This document shows, one piece after another, positions 48,576-59,129 of a DNA stretch of 64,000 nt. Position 1 is the stretch's first letter. The number at the start of each line of letters is the position of its first letter. Source of the DNA: Candidatus Latescibacterota bacterium (GTDB taxonomy: Bacteria > Krumholzibacteriota > Krumholzibacteriia > WVZY01); contig CAWBQK010000007.1 of NCBI GenBank assembly GCA_963791045.1, positions 96,001 to 160,000 on the forward strand, given 5' to 3'. The translations under genes and the position numbers were made by a program. The notes below the pieces were generated by a model. It was not told the origin of the DNA and did not search any database. It saw nothing but the letters and a program-made list of their open reading frames with translations.

Positions 48576-49966
48576 TGGAACGAACACTGACCTGGATAGA
48601 GCAGGTACTCGATTCGGGGGGGCTGCTCGTCGATTCGGACCTCCGCGACCGCGGCGCGGATCCGTGGTATGGAGCGTCGATCGACACGCGGTCGGATTGT
48701 GCCGGTCGGGTGTTTTTTGCGTTAAAGGGAGACAAGACCGACGGACACCGTTTCATCGAAGACGCGTATGCGAGCGGATGCTGCGCGGTGGTGATCGAGG
48801 ACAAACAGGCCGCCCGCACGGCTGCTCCGTGCTTGCTCGTCAACGACACCCTCGAGGCGCTTCAGGAACTTTCCCGTGCTTACAGGAATGCACTGGACAT
48901 GCGAGTTGTCGCCGTGACCGGGAGCATGGGAAAGACAACAACAAAAGAATACATCAAAACGATCCTGAAAAAGAAATACCGCATCCATTCGAACCCGGGG
49001 AATTTCAACAACCACATCGGTGTGCCGCTGACGGTGCTCGAAACCGATCCCGACAACGAGTACCTATTGTGCGAAGTGGCAGCAAATCATGTCGGTGAAA
49101 TCGAGTTTCTCAGCCGTCTTCTCAGGCCCGATGTCGGAGTTATAACCAATATTGGTGATGCCCACATCGGCCATTTCGGCAGTCGCGACAAAATTGCCGA
49201 GGCGAAGGCGGAGCTTTTCAAGGGTGTCGACGAGCAAGGATTCGCCGTTCTTCCCGCGGATGATGAGTTTCTCGGTCTTCTCACCGAGCGGGCCAACTGT
49301 CGTGTTGTGACATTTGGACGCGAGGAATCGAGCAACTACCGGATAGCCAATGTCGAGGAAACCGACGCCCAGATCACCTTCGACGTAAACGACGCTGCCA
49401 TGGCCATCAAGACTATTGGCCTCTACAACGTGTTGAACGCGGGAGCGGCATTCGCCGTCGGCGAATTGTGCGGAGTTGAAATTGAAGAGATCCAGGATGC
49501 TCTCGTCGAAACCGAACCGATACCGGGAAGGGCACAGGTTTGTCGCGTCGGCGGGACGGTTGTCATCGACGATTCGTACAACGCAAATCCCACGAGCATG
49601 CGCGCCGCGCTCGACGGTTTGAGCCGGTTGTCGGCAAAGAGAAAGATCGCCGTCCTGGGAGATATGGCGGAACTGGGGATATTTTCGGACCAGGCGCACC
49701 GCGATCTTGGAGTTTATGCCGCCGGATTGTCCATCGACGTCATCTACTGGTTCGGTGAGAACGGCGGCCTGGTCGGAGAGGGTCTCTCGAGTCAAGGTTC
49801 AAAGATGGCATTCGAGTCTTTTGGAAGCAGGGATGAGCTTGGGGCCAGGTTGGCGGATCAAACCGCGCCTGAAGATGTGATTCTCGTCAAGGCGTCGAGA
49901 TCGTGTCAGCTCGACAAGATCGTGAGCGGACTTCTCGACGCCGTCGCCGAACGAGGAAATAGCTGA
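48575..49966 (+). CDS. murF: UDP-MurNAc-pentapeptide synthetase
   Basis: IDTR, TGSMGKTTTKE, NFNNHIGVPLT, DDSYNANP, GDMAELG, VKASR; TGATG overlap. Confidence 0.96.
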   Translation: MERTLTWIEQVLDSGGLLVDSDLRDRGADPWYGASIDTRSDCAGRVFFALKGDKTDGHRFIEDAYASGCCAVVIEDKQAARTAAPCLLVNDTLEALQELSRAYRNALDMRVVAVTGSMGKTTTKEYIKTILKKKYRIHSNPGNFNNHIGVPLTVLETDPDNEYLLCEVAANHVGEIEFLSRLLRPDVGVITNIGDAHIGHFGSRDKIAEAKAELFKGVDEQGFAVLPADDEFLGLLTERANCRVVTFGREESSNYRIANVEETDAQITFDVNDAAMAIKTIGLYNVLNAGAAFAVGELCGVEIEEIQDALVETEPIPGRAQVCRVGGTVVIDDSYNANPTSMRAALDGLSRLSAKRKIAVLGDMAELGIFSDQAHRDLGVYAAGLSIDVIYWFGENGGLVGEGLSSQGSKMAFESFGSRDELGARLADQTAPEDVILVKASRSCQLDKIVSGLLDAVAERGNS

Positions 49967-51051
49967 TGCTTTACCACCTTCTTTATCCTCTTCATGAGTA
50001 TTTTTCCGCACTCAACGTGTTCAGGTACATCACGTTCAGGGCGGCGTACGCAACGGTGACGGCTCTGTTGATCAGTTTTCTTCTCGGCCCATGGTTTATT
50101 CGTTTTCTCAGAAGACGGCAGATTTCCGAGGATATCCGAGCGGATGGCCCGAAGTCGCACGAGACAAAAAGGGGAACGCCCACGATGGGAGGGCTTCTGA
50201 TCCTCGCCGCGATTTTTGTCCCGGTGCTTCTCTGGTGCAATCTTGCGAATCCCTACATCCAGATAACGCTGCTTACGACCTTTTGGATGGGGGTCATTGG
50301 ATTCGTTGACGATTATCTCAGCGTCGTGAAGAAAAGACCGAAGGGGCTGGTCGGCCGTTACAAACTGATCGGCCAGGTAACCTATGGGTTGGCCCTTGGG
50401 GCCGTTCTCTACTTTCATCCCATTCAACCGGATGTGGGCGCGCTGACCAGTATTCCGTTTATGAAGGGACTCTTTATCAACTTCGGTTGGTTTTACATCG
50501 TCCTGGTGATGCTGGTGGTCACGGCGACAAGCAACGCGGTCAACCTCACCGATGGGATCGATGGTCTCGCGATCGGCCTCTGCGCGTTTTGTTTTGTTGG
50601 TTTTGCCGGCCTTGCCTACCTCGGCGGCCATAAGGGTTTTTCGAATTATCTCAATATTCTTTACCTCGAAGGAAGCGGGGAGCTGGCCATCTATTGTATG
50701 GCGGTCGTCGGAGCGTCACTGGGGTTCCTTTGGTACAACACGCATCCTGCCCAGATTTTTATGGGAGACACCGGGTCGCTCGCGCTTGGAGGCGCGCTCG
50801 GTGTTGTGGGGCTGCTCCTCAAACGTGAATTCCTGCTGCTCGTCATCGGCGGACTTTTTGTCGCCGAGGTTCTCAGCGTCATCATCCAGGTGACCTATTT
50901 CAAACTGAGAAAAAAGCGGGTGTTCAAGATGTCGCCGCTCCACCACCACTTCGAGTTGAGCGGTTGGTCCGAACAAAAGATCGTGGTCAGGTTCTGGATT
51001 ATCGCGTCGCTGCTTACACTGTTGAGTCTTAGTACGTTGAAGCTCCAGTAA
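49966..51051 (+). CDS. mraY: Phospho-MurNAc-pentapeptide transferase
   Basis: YITFRA, GTPTMGG, VDDY, NAVNLTDGIDGL, FMGDTGSL, PLHHHFE. Confidence 0.97.
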   Translation: MLYHLLYPLHEYFSALNVFRYITFRAAYATVTALLISFLLGPWFIRFLRRRQISEDIRADGPKSHETKRGTPTMGGLLILAAIFVPVLLWCNLANPYIQITLLTTFWMGVIGFVDDYLSVVKKRPKGLVGRYKLIGQVTYGLALGAVLYFHPIQPDVGALTSIPFMKGLFINFGWFYIVLVMLVVTATSNAVNLTDGIDGLAIGLCAFCFVGFAGLAYLGGHKGFSNYLNILYLEGSGELAIYCMAVVGASLGFLWYNTHPAQIFMGDTGSLALGGALGVVGLLLKREFLLLVIGGLFVAEVLSVIIQVTYFKLRKKRVFKMSPLHHHFELSGWSEQKIVVRFWIIASLLTLLSLSTLKLQ

Positions 51052-51063
51052 CCGGGGGTTGGA

Positions 51064-52422
51064 TTGGGACTTCTTAACAACGAGAATTTCCTGGTTTTTG
51101 GTCTTGGCAAAAGCGGGAAGGCCGTGGCTCGGCTTCTCGCCGCCAGTGGCAAGCGGGTCGCCGTCTCCGACGACTCCGTGGCGGCCGTCGCCGAGTCGAT
51201 CGAATCAAGGGAGTACGGTGAATTTACCGACAAGATCGCGGCCTTTGCCGCCCCGGATGCAGCGGACGCGCTTTCCGGAACCGACGTGCTCGTGGTGAGC
51301 CCGGGTGTCCCACTCGAACATGAACTGATTCGGCGTGCGGCCGCTGAGGGAATCCCCGTCGTGGGCGAAATCGAGATTGCGTACGGGTTCTGCCATTGTC
51401 CGATTATCGGGGTGACCGGCACAAACGGCAAATCGACCGTCGTCAAAGTCATCGGGGCGATTCTTGACGCGGCGAAAAAGAAGAACGTGGTTGCGGGTAA
51501 TATCGGAACACCTTTTTCGAGCGTCGTTGCCGACGGCGAGGAGTATGAAGTCGTCACGCTGGAGCTCAGCAGTTTTCAGCTGGACACGATTGACAATTTC
51601 AAATGCGACGTTGCCGTTTTGCTCAACGTCACGGCGGATCATCTCGACCGATACGGCGACAGCTTTGATGAATACTCGCGATCGAAGGCAAGGATTCTAA
51701 ACCGGGCTCAGGCCGAAACCGTTTTTGTGTATAACGCCGAAGATCCGGCGTGCAAGGCGATCGCTGAAGAACATGACGGTCTGCAAATCCCCTTTAGTTC
51801 GGAAAAGGTTCTCGCGCGGGGCGTGTTTGCCAAGGATGAATTCATCGTCCGGAGCAGTGGAGGAGTTGAAGAGCCCCTCATCGCGATTGCTGATTTCCCG
51901 CCGGTCGGTGTTCACAATCTCGAGAACGCGCTCGCGGCGGTGGCCGCGGTGACTCCGTTTGATATCGACAAAGCAAGCATACGGGATGCGTTGGCGAGTT
52001 ACACGCCGCTTGCGCACCGGATGGAGCCGGTTCGAACGGTCGGTGGTGTCGAATACATCAACGATTCGAAGGCGACGAATGTCGACGCGACAATCAAGAG
52101 TCTTCGCAGTGTCGACGGAAATGTCGTCTTGATTATCGGTGGACTCGACAAGAACGGCGATTTCAAACCGCTTCTTGATTATGTCGATCGTTTGCGCCGG
52201 GTCATCCTTATCGGGTCCGCCCGTGACAAAATCCGACGGGTCCTGGAGGGAAAATGTGAATTGTCCGAATCGGAAACCCTCGAGGACGCCGTCCTTGAAG
52301 CGGCGAAGGCGGCGGCGCGCGGCGACACTGTTCTTCTTGCGCCTGCCTGTGCAAGCTTCGATATGTTCAAGAGTTACGCGGATCGAGGTGAGGTGTTTCG
52401 TTCCGCGGTGAACGCACTGTGA
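51064..52422 (+). CDS. murD: UDP-MurNAc-L-Ala-D-Glu ligase
   Basis: GLGKSG, VSPGVP, GTNGKST, GNIG, ELSSFQL, DHLDRY, NDSKATN, PACASFD. Confidence 0.96.
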   Translation: MGLLNNENFLVFGLGKSGKAVARLLAASGKRVAVSDDSVAAVAESIESREYGEFTDKIAAFAAPDAADALSGTDVLVVSPGVPLEHELIRRAAAEGIPVVGEIEIAYGFCHCPIIGVTGTNGKSTVVKVIGAILDAAKKKNVVAGNIGTPFSSVVADGEEYEVVTLELSSFQLDTIDNFKCDVAVLLNVTADHLDRYGDSFDEYSRSKARILNRAQAETVFVYNAEDPACKAIAEEHDGLQIPFSSEKVLARGVFAKDEFIVRSSGGVEEPLIAIADFPPVGVHNLENALAAVAAVTPFDIDKASIRDALASYTPLAHRMEPVRTVGGVEYINDSKATNVDATIKSLRSVDGNVVLIIGGLDKNGDFKPLLDYVDRLRRVILIGSARDKIRRVLEGKCELSESETLEDAVLEAAKAAARGDTVLLAPACASFDMFKSYADRGEVFRSAVNAL

Positions 52423-52445
52423 AGTAAAAACGACGAAGGACAACG

Positions 52446-53618
52446 ATGGCAAAGTTGAACAAACCAAGAGTTGAATGTGATCGGCGCATTCTTTTAATCG
52501 TGCTTTTTCTGATGGCGATCGGCGCCAGTCTGGTTGCGTCTTCCAGTTCGTACTTTGCCGCGGCCAAGTTCGCCGATCCGTACTTGCTTCTCAAAAAACA
52601 CATCGTACGGATCTTTATTGCCGGTTTGTTTCTCACGCTTGCCGTCAAACTCGATTACCGGATTTTCCGCCGGCCGGCGCCGTTTATTTTTGGGATCGGT
52701 GTCATTACACTGGTCGGTCTTTTTATATTCGGGCACGTCATTCGGGACACGGTGCGGTGGTACAAGATCGAGTCGCTTCAGATGACGGTTCAGCCCGCCG
52801 AATTTGCGCGGCTTGCGCTCATCGTTTTTCTAGCCTACTGGATCGCTCGGGTCGGAAAGCAGATGAGTGATTTCACAAACGGATTTTTGCCCGCGGCGCT
52901 CGCCGTCCTTCTTGTTGTGGGTTTGATGGCCGCTCAGCCGAATTACGGCACCGCCTCCGCGACGGCGATCATAGCGTTCATCATTCTATTTGTCGGAGGG
53001 GCGAAGATTCTCCATCTTGCGGCGCTCGCGGGAACGTTCGCGGGAGTGGCGGTGATACGCGTGTTGAGCGTGGATTATCTCAGGGAACGGATTGTCGCCT
53101 TTCTGAATCGCAGTGAAGACTTGACGGCGATGAACTGGCAGCCGTTCCAATCGCTCATCGGTCTGGGTTCAGGTGGGATCTTCGGGATTGGATTCGGGGA
53201 AAGCAAGCAAAAGCTCAACTGGCTCCCCGACTCCCACACGGATTTTATTTTCTCGATTCTGGGGGAAGAGGCGGGGCTCGTGGGGACGTTTATCGTGAGC
53301 CTGTTGTTTCTGCTTCTTGCGCTCCGTGCGTTGAAGATCTCGACAAAAAGCGGAGACACCTTCGGACAGTATCTGGTTATCGGACTCGGCACATCGGTAT
53401 TCGTCTACGCCGTTCTCAATATGATGGTCGCTACGGGCCTTTTCCCGGTGACGGGATTACCTCTCCCGTTTTTGAGTTACGGAGGGTCCGCGCTGGTGGC
53501 CAACGCTTTTTCGGTCGGAATCCTTCTGAACGTTTCGAAGAAGCGTTCGACCCGCAGGGTTCAAAGGCCGCGACGACAGCGTGGCGTTTTGAGGAGTGAG
53601 GCGACATGCGTGTCATGA
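52446..53618 (+). CDS. ftsW: SEDS peptidoglycan polymerase FtsW
   Basis: RW, QPAEF, QPNYG, LPDSHTDFIF, GEEAG, PVTGLPLPFLSYGGS. Confidence 0.95.
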   Translation: MAKLNKPRVECDRRILLIVLFLMAIGASLVASSSSYFAAAKFADPYLLLKKHIVRIFIAGLFLTLAVKLDYRIFRRPAPFIFGIGVITLVGLFIFGHVIRDTVRWYKIESLQMTVQPAEFARLALIVFLAYWIARVGKQMSDFTNGFLPAALAVLLVVGLMAAQPNYGTASATAIIAFIILFVGGAKILHLAALAGTFAGVAVIRVLSVDYLRERIVAFLNRSEDLTAMNWQPFQSLIGLGSGGIFGIGFGESKQKLNWLPDSHTDFIFSILGEEAGLVGTFIVSLLFLLLALRALKISTKSGDTFGQYLVIGLGTSVFVYAVLNMMVATGLFPVTGLPLPFLSYGGSALVANAFSVGILLNVSKKRSTRRVQRPRRQRGVLRSEATCVS

Positions 53619-54754
53619 TCGCCGGTGGTGGGACCGGTGGCCATATTTATCCGGGTATCGCGATGTACAACGCGCTGAAACGGCGAACGGACGACATAGA
53701 TGTTCTGTTCGTCGGCGCGCGCGCCGGTGTCGAGAAGAAGATTTTTTCCGAGCTCGGACTTCCTCACGTGCTGCTTCCCGGGCGGGGTGTGCGCGGGAAG
53801 GGTCTGCTTTCAAAGTTGACGAGCCCGCTGGTTATCCTCCGGGCGGTAATAGGGGGCACTCGGGAGATCCTCTCGTTCAAACCTGATGTAGTGATCGGTA
53901 CGGGCGGTTATGCGAGTTTTGCCGTTGTTGCCGCTTCGGTGCTCTGCCGGCGGACGCGGGTTCTCCAGGAGCAAAACAGCGTTCCGGGAATGACAAATCG
54001 CTTCCTGTCGCGGGTTGCCGATCTGGTTTTGCTTTCGTTCGAAGAGTCGAAATCGTTCATTCGCCGGGGTGTTCCCGTCGCGGTTGTCGGCAACCCGATC
54101 CGTGTCGATCTATCGACGACGCGTGATCAAGCGCTCGACTTCTTTGGTTTGTCGCCCGCAATGCCTACGGTGTTGGTGTGTGGCGGCAGCAGAGGCGCGC
54201 GATCGATAAATACGAGCGCCGCCGCCGCGGCGAAGGAAATCCTCGAAAAGAGAGACGTCCAGTTTATTTTTCTGACCGGCGATCTCGATTTTGAAACGAT
54301 AAACGGGGAGCTAAATGGGTTCAAAGACCGCGTCCGTGTTTTCCCATTCCTGCAGGAAATGAACCATGCCTACCGTGCGGCCGACATTGCCGTTTCGCGG
54401 GCCGGCGCGTCCGCGGTGTTCGAACTTGGCGCATTCGGCGTTCCGACGGTATTCGTGCCGTACCCGCACGCCGCGGATGATCACCAAAGAAAAAATGTAG
54501 CCGGCCTCAAAAAACTCGATGCCGTGGCCACCGTCGACGATGGCGAACTCAGCGGGGAACACCTGCGAACAATTCTTGAAGCGCTTCTTGATGATGAGGC
54601 GGGGAGGAACAAAATGAAAAACACTTTTTCCGCGTGGGCGAAACCCGACGCGGACGATTTGGCCGCCGAGAAAATTATGGATCTGGTGGTCCGCACACGT
54701 TCACACCACGCGCCCTGGCCGACTCGGGTTCGTCGGCGCGTAGAAGAAATGTAG
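53606..54754 (+). CDS. murG: Lipid II GlcNAc transferase
   Basis: GGGTGGHIYP, GTGGYAS, EQNSVPG, GNPIR, GGSRGA, SRAGAS, DHQ..N. Confidence 0.96.
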   Translation: MRVMIAGGGTGGHIYPGIAMYNALKRRTDDIDVLFVGARAGVEKKIFSELGLPHVLLPGRGVRGKGLLSKLTSPLVILRAVIGGTREILSFKPDVVIGTGGYASFAVVAASVLCRRTRVLQEQNSVPGMTNRFLSRVADLVLLSFEESKSFIRRGVPVAVVGNPIRVDLSTTRDQALDFFGLSPAMPTVLVCGGSRGARSINTSAAAAAKEILEKRDVQFIFLTGDLDFETINGELNGFKDRVRVFPFLQEMNHAYRAADIAVSRAGASAVFELGAFGVPTVFVPYPHAADDHQRKNVAGLKKLDAVATVDDGELSGEHLRTILEALLDDEAGRNKMKNTFSAWAKPDADDLAAEKIMDLVVRTRSHHAPWPTRVRRRVEEM

Positions 54755-54761
54755 GGACAAG

Positions 54762-56144
54762 ATGGTTTACCTGGGACGGACAAGGAGAATTCATTTCGTC
54801 GGGATCGGCGGAATCGGAATGAGCGGAATCGCGGAGGTTCTTCTCAACCTCGGTTTCGATGTATCCGGATCGGATCTCAACAAATCCGATATAACCGATA
54901 ATCTCGAAAAGCTCGGAGCGAGGATCAACTATGTTCACGAGGCGTTCAACGTCGTCGACTGCGACGTTGTCGTTTACTCGAGCGCGGTAACGGCGACCAA
55001 CCCCGAACTTGTCGAGGCCAAGAAGCACGCTGTTCCGACGATCCCGAGGGCCGAGATGCTCGCCGAGTTGATGCGGCTCAAGTTCGCGGTGACCGTCGGC
55101 GGGTCGCACGGGAAAACAACGACCACCTCACTGATCTCTTCCGTCCTGGCCGAGGGCGGGCTCGACCCGACGATCGTGGTGGGCGGTAAGCTCAGATCCT
55201 CGAGCAGCAACGTGAGGTTGGGGAGCAGCAGGTACATGGTGGCGGAGGCGGATGAAAGCGATGGATCGTTCGTTCAGCTTCCGTCGAGCATTGTTGTAAT
55301 CACCAATATTGACCGTGAACATCTCGACTACTACCACGATCTGGAGTCGATAAAAGACCATTTTGTCCAGTATGCGGGGCGGGTTCCTTTCTATGGGTCG
55401 GTCGTTGTGTGCGTCGACGATGAGAATATCCGATCGATTCTCCCTAGAATAAGAAAACGGAAAGTGACATACGGGCTCGATGAACCCGCCGACATTTCGG
55501 GGAAGGTTGTCGAGAGGTCCGAGGCGGGATGCCGCGTCGACGTGAATTATCAGAACCGGCTTATCGGCGATATCCTCGTCGGAATGCCCGGTGACCATTA
55601 CGTGAGAAATACGCTCGCCGCGGTGGCCGTCGGTATGGAACTGGATGTTCCCTTTGTGGCAATCAAAAAGGCAATAGAGTCCTTTGAGGGCGTCGGTAGA
55701 CGGTTCGAAGTGAAGGGAACAGTTGGCGGGGTAACGGTAGTCGATGATTACGGGCATCATCCGACCGAAATATCTGCGACGATACGCGCCGCCCGCGAAA
55801 ACCTCGGTAAGCGAGTCGTCGTCCTTTTTCAGCCGCATCGTTATACACGCACCCAGGCGCTGGCCGAACAGTTCGGCACTTGCTTCGAAGGCGCCGACTC
55901 GGTGCTCGTCGCGGATATCTACGCGGCGGGCGAAGAGCCGATTCCAGGCGTGTCTTCGCAGATCGTTATCGAAGCGGTCAACAAGCACGGAGGCGTCCAT
56001 GCGGAACACATCGACTCTTTCGACAAGATGGTCGATGAAGTCTGCGGTCGCGTGCGGGACGGAGACCTGGTGCTGACTCTTGGAGCGGGCGACATTTACA
56101 AAGTCGGAGAGCGAATTCTCGAACGGCTCAAAGGAGCCCAGTGA
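54762..56144 (+). CDS. murC: UDP-MurNAc-L-alanine ligase
   Basis: GIGGIGMSGIA, GSHGKTTTT, EADESD, DDYGHHPTEI, FQPHRYTRT. Confidence 0.97.
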   Translation: MVYLGRTRRIHFVGIGGIGMSGIAEVLLNLGFDVSGSDLNKSDITDNLEKLGARINYVHEAFNVVDCDVVVYSSAVTATNPELVEAKKHAVPTIPRAEMLAELMRLKFAVTVGGSHGKTTTTSLISSVLAEGGLDPTIVVGGKLRSSSSNVRLGSSRYMVAEADESDGSFVQLPSSIVVITNIDREHLDYYHDLESIKDHFVQYAGRVPFYGSVVVCVDDENIRSILPRIRKRKVTYGLDEPADISGKVVERSEAGCRVDVNYQNRLIGDILVGMPGDHYVRNTLAAVAVGMELDVPFVAIKKAIESFEGVGRRFEVKGTVGGVTVVDDYGHHPTEISATIRAARENLGKRVVVLFQPHRYTRTQALAEQFGTCFEGADSVLVADIYAAGEEPIPGVSSQIVIEAVNKHGGVHAEHIDSFDKMVDEVCGRVRDGDLVLTLGAGDIYKVGERILERLKGAQ

Positions 56145-56181
56145 TCAACGGCGAAAGAGCCGCAGTGGAAGCAAGGAAACG

Positions 56182-57093
56182 ATGAAAACGGACGTGGAGC
56201 AAAGAATTCGGCAATCGCTCGAGCGTGCATGCGGCTCCGGGCTCCGTCTCGATGAGCCGATGTCGCGCCACACCACGTTCGGCGCCGGCGGTGCGGCGCG
56301 ATATTTTGCTGAGCCCGATTGCACGCGGGATGTGGTTGCGCTCGTTCGTGCGGCTTTGAAATTCGATGTCCGCTTCATCGGGATCGGCAGAGGGTCCAAT
56401 CTCATTGTCCGCGATGGCGGTTTTGACGGCATTGTGATCAAGGTTGCGTCAAAACTCGGTCAACTCGACTTGCGGGCGCGCACGGCGAATGCCGAGGCTG
56501 GTGTGTCGTTCACGCGTCTCGGTCGGACCTTGACGCGTGAAGGACGGCCGGGGTTCGAGTTTGCCGTCGGAATCCCCGGTTCCGTAGGCGGTGCGGTACG
56601 GATGAATGCCGGCGCGTGGGGTGGTGAGGTTTCAAAGGTCCTGAAGAGCGTAAAACTCGTCGACCGCACCGGTCGCATATCCGTTCTTCAGTCCGATCAG
56701 CTCGGTTTTGGATATCGAAAAAGCGAAATTCCTGCGGGCGCGATCGTGCTTTCGACGGTCTTCAACTGTCCGCCGGGCGAGATGGATGAGGACGCGGTTC
56801 GGGAAGCCCTGCGGCGTTTAGATACCCAACCGCTCTCCAAAAGAAGTTTTGGAAGCACGTTCAAGAATCCGCCCGGGGATCACGCGGCGAGAATGATCGA
56901 CGCGTGCGGGCTCAAAGGCGCACGCCGGGGGAATGTGATTGTGTCGGAAAAACACGCGAACTTTCTCGAAAATGACGGTGAGGATACCAGAGCAAACGAT
57001 GTAGAAGATTTGATGACGATGATAGTCGAAACGGTCAGATCCCGTTTCGACATCACGCTGGACCCGGAGGTGATCATAATTGGCGATCGTTAG
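56182..57093 (+). CDS. murB: UDP-N-acetylenolpyruvoylglucosamine reductase
   Basis: HTTFGAGG, GRGSNL, IPGSVGGAVRMNAGA, GSTFKNP, SEKHANF. Confidence 0.95.
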   Translation: MKTDVEQRIRQSLERACGSGLRLDEPMSRHTTFGAGGAARYFAEPDCTRDVVALVRAALKFDVRFIGIGRGSNLIVRDGGFDGIVIKVASKLGQLDLRARTANAEAGVSFTRLGRTLTREGRPGFEFAVGIPGSVGGAVRMNAGAWGGEVSKVLKSVKLVDRTGRISVLQSDQLGFGYRKSEIPAGAIVLSTVFNCPPGEMDEDAVREALRRLDTQPLSKRSFGSTFKNPPGDHAARMIDACGLKGARRGNVIVSEKHANFLENDGEDTRANDVEDLMTMIVETVRSRFDITLDPEVIIIGDR

Positions 57094-57850
57094 AACAAAG
57101 AAACAGAACAAAAAGGCCGCGAAAGTTCTCGTTATGAGACTGTTGACGTCGGCGATGCTTGGAGTCTTGATATTCGGTCTGTTCCATGTTTACAATTTCA
57201 TGACGACGAGCGAAAAACTCAGCGTCACCCTGGTGGAATTCGAGGGCTTAAGCCGTGTGGACTCGACGGAGATCGACAGACTTGTTGCCGATATCCGCGG
57301 GGAGAACATCCTCCTGGTTCCAATAGAAAAGTACGAGGCGCGTTTCGACGGGCATCCGCGGATCCAGAATGTGAGATTTAAAAAGATTCTTCCCAACAGG
57401 GTCGTTTGCACCGTGGAAGAGAGAGAACCGGTGGCCCTTATCTACACAAAAGATTTTTACGAGGTTGACCGGGAGGGGATGGTCTTGACGGCGGACGCGC
57501 TGACCGCATACCTCGATTTGCCAATAATTTCGGGTTTGAGCGGGAAATCGGTCAAGGAGGGGGAATTCTGCGATGATGTTCGTCTGGCAAGCTCGCTCGA
57601 GATTCTTTCATACTGCAAGAAATACGGGGGTAGTTTCGCCAACGATATATCCGAATTAAAGATAGCGGACAATGGAATAAATCTTGTCTCTTTGAAAGAA
57701 GGTGTGGTATTGCTGCTCGGTGAGTCCGAGTATGAGAACCGTCTGAAGAAATACTTTCTCATAAGGAATACCATCGCCAAGAGGGACGAATCAGCAAAAA
57801 CGATCGATCTGAGATTCGACGACCAGGTCGTTCTGCGGAGCGGGATCTAG
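57080..57850 (+). CDS. ftsQ: Cell division protein FtsQ/DivIB
   Basis: Basic N-terminus, TM, POTRA (KILPNRV..VEEREPVA), C-terminal IDLRFDDQVV. Confidence 0.88.
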   Translation: MAIVRTKKQNKKAAKVLVMRLLTSAMLGVLIFGLFHVYNFMTTSEKLSVTLVEFEGLSRVDSTEIDRLVADIRGENILLVPIEKYEARFDGHPRIQNVRFKKILPNRVVCTVEEREPVALIYTKDFYEVDREGMVLTADALTAYLDLPIISGLSGKSVKEGEFCDDVRLASSLEILSYCKKYGGSFANDISELKIADNGINLVSLKEGVVLLLGESEYENRLKKYFLIRNTIAKRDESAKTIDLRFDDQVVLRSGI

Positions 57851-57863
57851 ACCTGAGAGGCAG

Positions 57864-59108
57864 GTGGAAACATTGAGAACAGAAGCGCGAATAATCGGAA
57901 GCATCGACATGGGGACCACCAAAGTCTCGGCCCTCCTCGGTGAACGGCTGGAAGACGGTATTCGAGTCGTAGGGATCGGTAATGCGCCTTCGGACGGGCT
58001 CAAACAGGGTGTTGTGGTGGATATCGACAAGGCTTCGGCCTCGGTTGAACGTGCGGTGGGGGAAGCCGAACGGATGGCGGGCGTCCATTTAAAGCGCTAC
58101 AACGTGGGTGTGGCCGGCGAACATATCCGGAGCATGAACAGCCGCGGGGTAGTCGGGATTCCCAGCCAGGATCATGAAATCACGCGGGAAGACGTGGTGA
58201 AGACGCTGACGGCCGGACGAAGTTTCGCGCTCCCGTCGGACCGGGAAATCCTTCACACACTCCCGCAGCAGTACATCGTGGACGACCAGGCGGGGATCCA
58301 GGAGCCGTGCGGAATGTACGGTTCGAGACTCGAAGCCCGGATCCATGTGGTCACCGCGTCGAGGCATGCACTCGATAATATTGCAAAAACTCTTGACAAC
58401 ACACGCCTCGAGGTTGGTGAATTGGTGTTGGAGCCCCTCGCATCGAGTGAGGCGGTCCTGACAAGGGACGAAAAAGAGCTTGGCGTGATGCTGATTGACA
58501 TCGGCGGCGGCACGACAGACGTCATGATTTACCATGACGGGGGCGTTATCGCGAGCGGTGTGATCGGTATCGGCGGCAACAACGTGACCGCCGACGTCGC
58601 CTACGGTTTGCGGACGGCGGTGAATTCCGCGGAGACAATAAAGATCGAGCATGGTTGCGCATTGTCAACCATGGTCGACGCGGGAGAGAAAGTAGAAGTT
58701 CCCGGCATAGGGTTTCGGGAAACAAAACAAGTTGGAAGACAACTTCTCTCCGCGATAATCGAACCGAGAGTTACCGAGTTGTTTACATTGATAAACGACC
58801 AGTTGAACAAAAATGATTTCAAGGGAACTTTGGGCGCGGGTGTCGTACTCACGGGCGGATCGTCGCTCTTGATGGGTACCCGCGAGCTGGCGGAACAAAT
58901 ATTCGACGTCCCCGTCAGGATCGGCGCTCCGATCGGTGTCGACGGGCTCGCCGAAGTTGTCAGCCACCCCATGTATGCAACGGGAGTCGGTCTCCTTCGT
59001 TACGACGGTGACGCATACGAAATGGGTGGTTACACACGGATATCCTCTCGCCAGTGGTGGAAGCAGTCATTCAATCACCTTCGGAAGGCAATTGCCAGTT
59101 TCATCTAG
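57864..59108 (+). CDS. ftsA: Cell division protein FtsA
   Basis: IDMGTTKV, GLKQGVV, DIGGGTTD, GGNNVTAD, VLTGG, PMYATGVG, amphipathic C-terminus. Confidence 0.96.
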   Translation: METLRTEARIIGSIDMGTTKVSALLGERLEDGIRVVGIGNAPSDGLKQGVVVDIDKASASVERAVGEAERMAGVHLKRYNVGVAGEHIRSMNSRGVVGIPSQDHEITREDVVKTLTAGRSFALPSDREILHTLPQQYIVDDQAGIQEPCGMYGSRLEARIHVVTASRHALDNIAKTLDNTRLEVGELVLEPLASSEAVLTRDEKELGVMLIDIGGGTTDVMIYHDGGVIASGVIGIGGNNVTADVAYGLRTAVNSAETIKIEHGCALSTMVDAGEKVEVPGIGFRETKQVGRQLLSAIIEPRVTELFTLINDQLNKNDFKGTLGAGVVLTGGSSLLMGTRELAEQIFDVPVRIGAPIGVDGLAEVVSHPMYATGVGLLRYDGDAYEMGGYTRISSRQWWKQSFNHLRKAIASFI

Positions 59109-59129
59109 TGCGACGAAAGGAGAGCGGTT

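Noticed and set aside
57080-57093. ddl missing between murB and ftsQ
   Set aside because: ddl lies outside the dcw cluster in many lineages; not unusual
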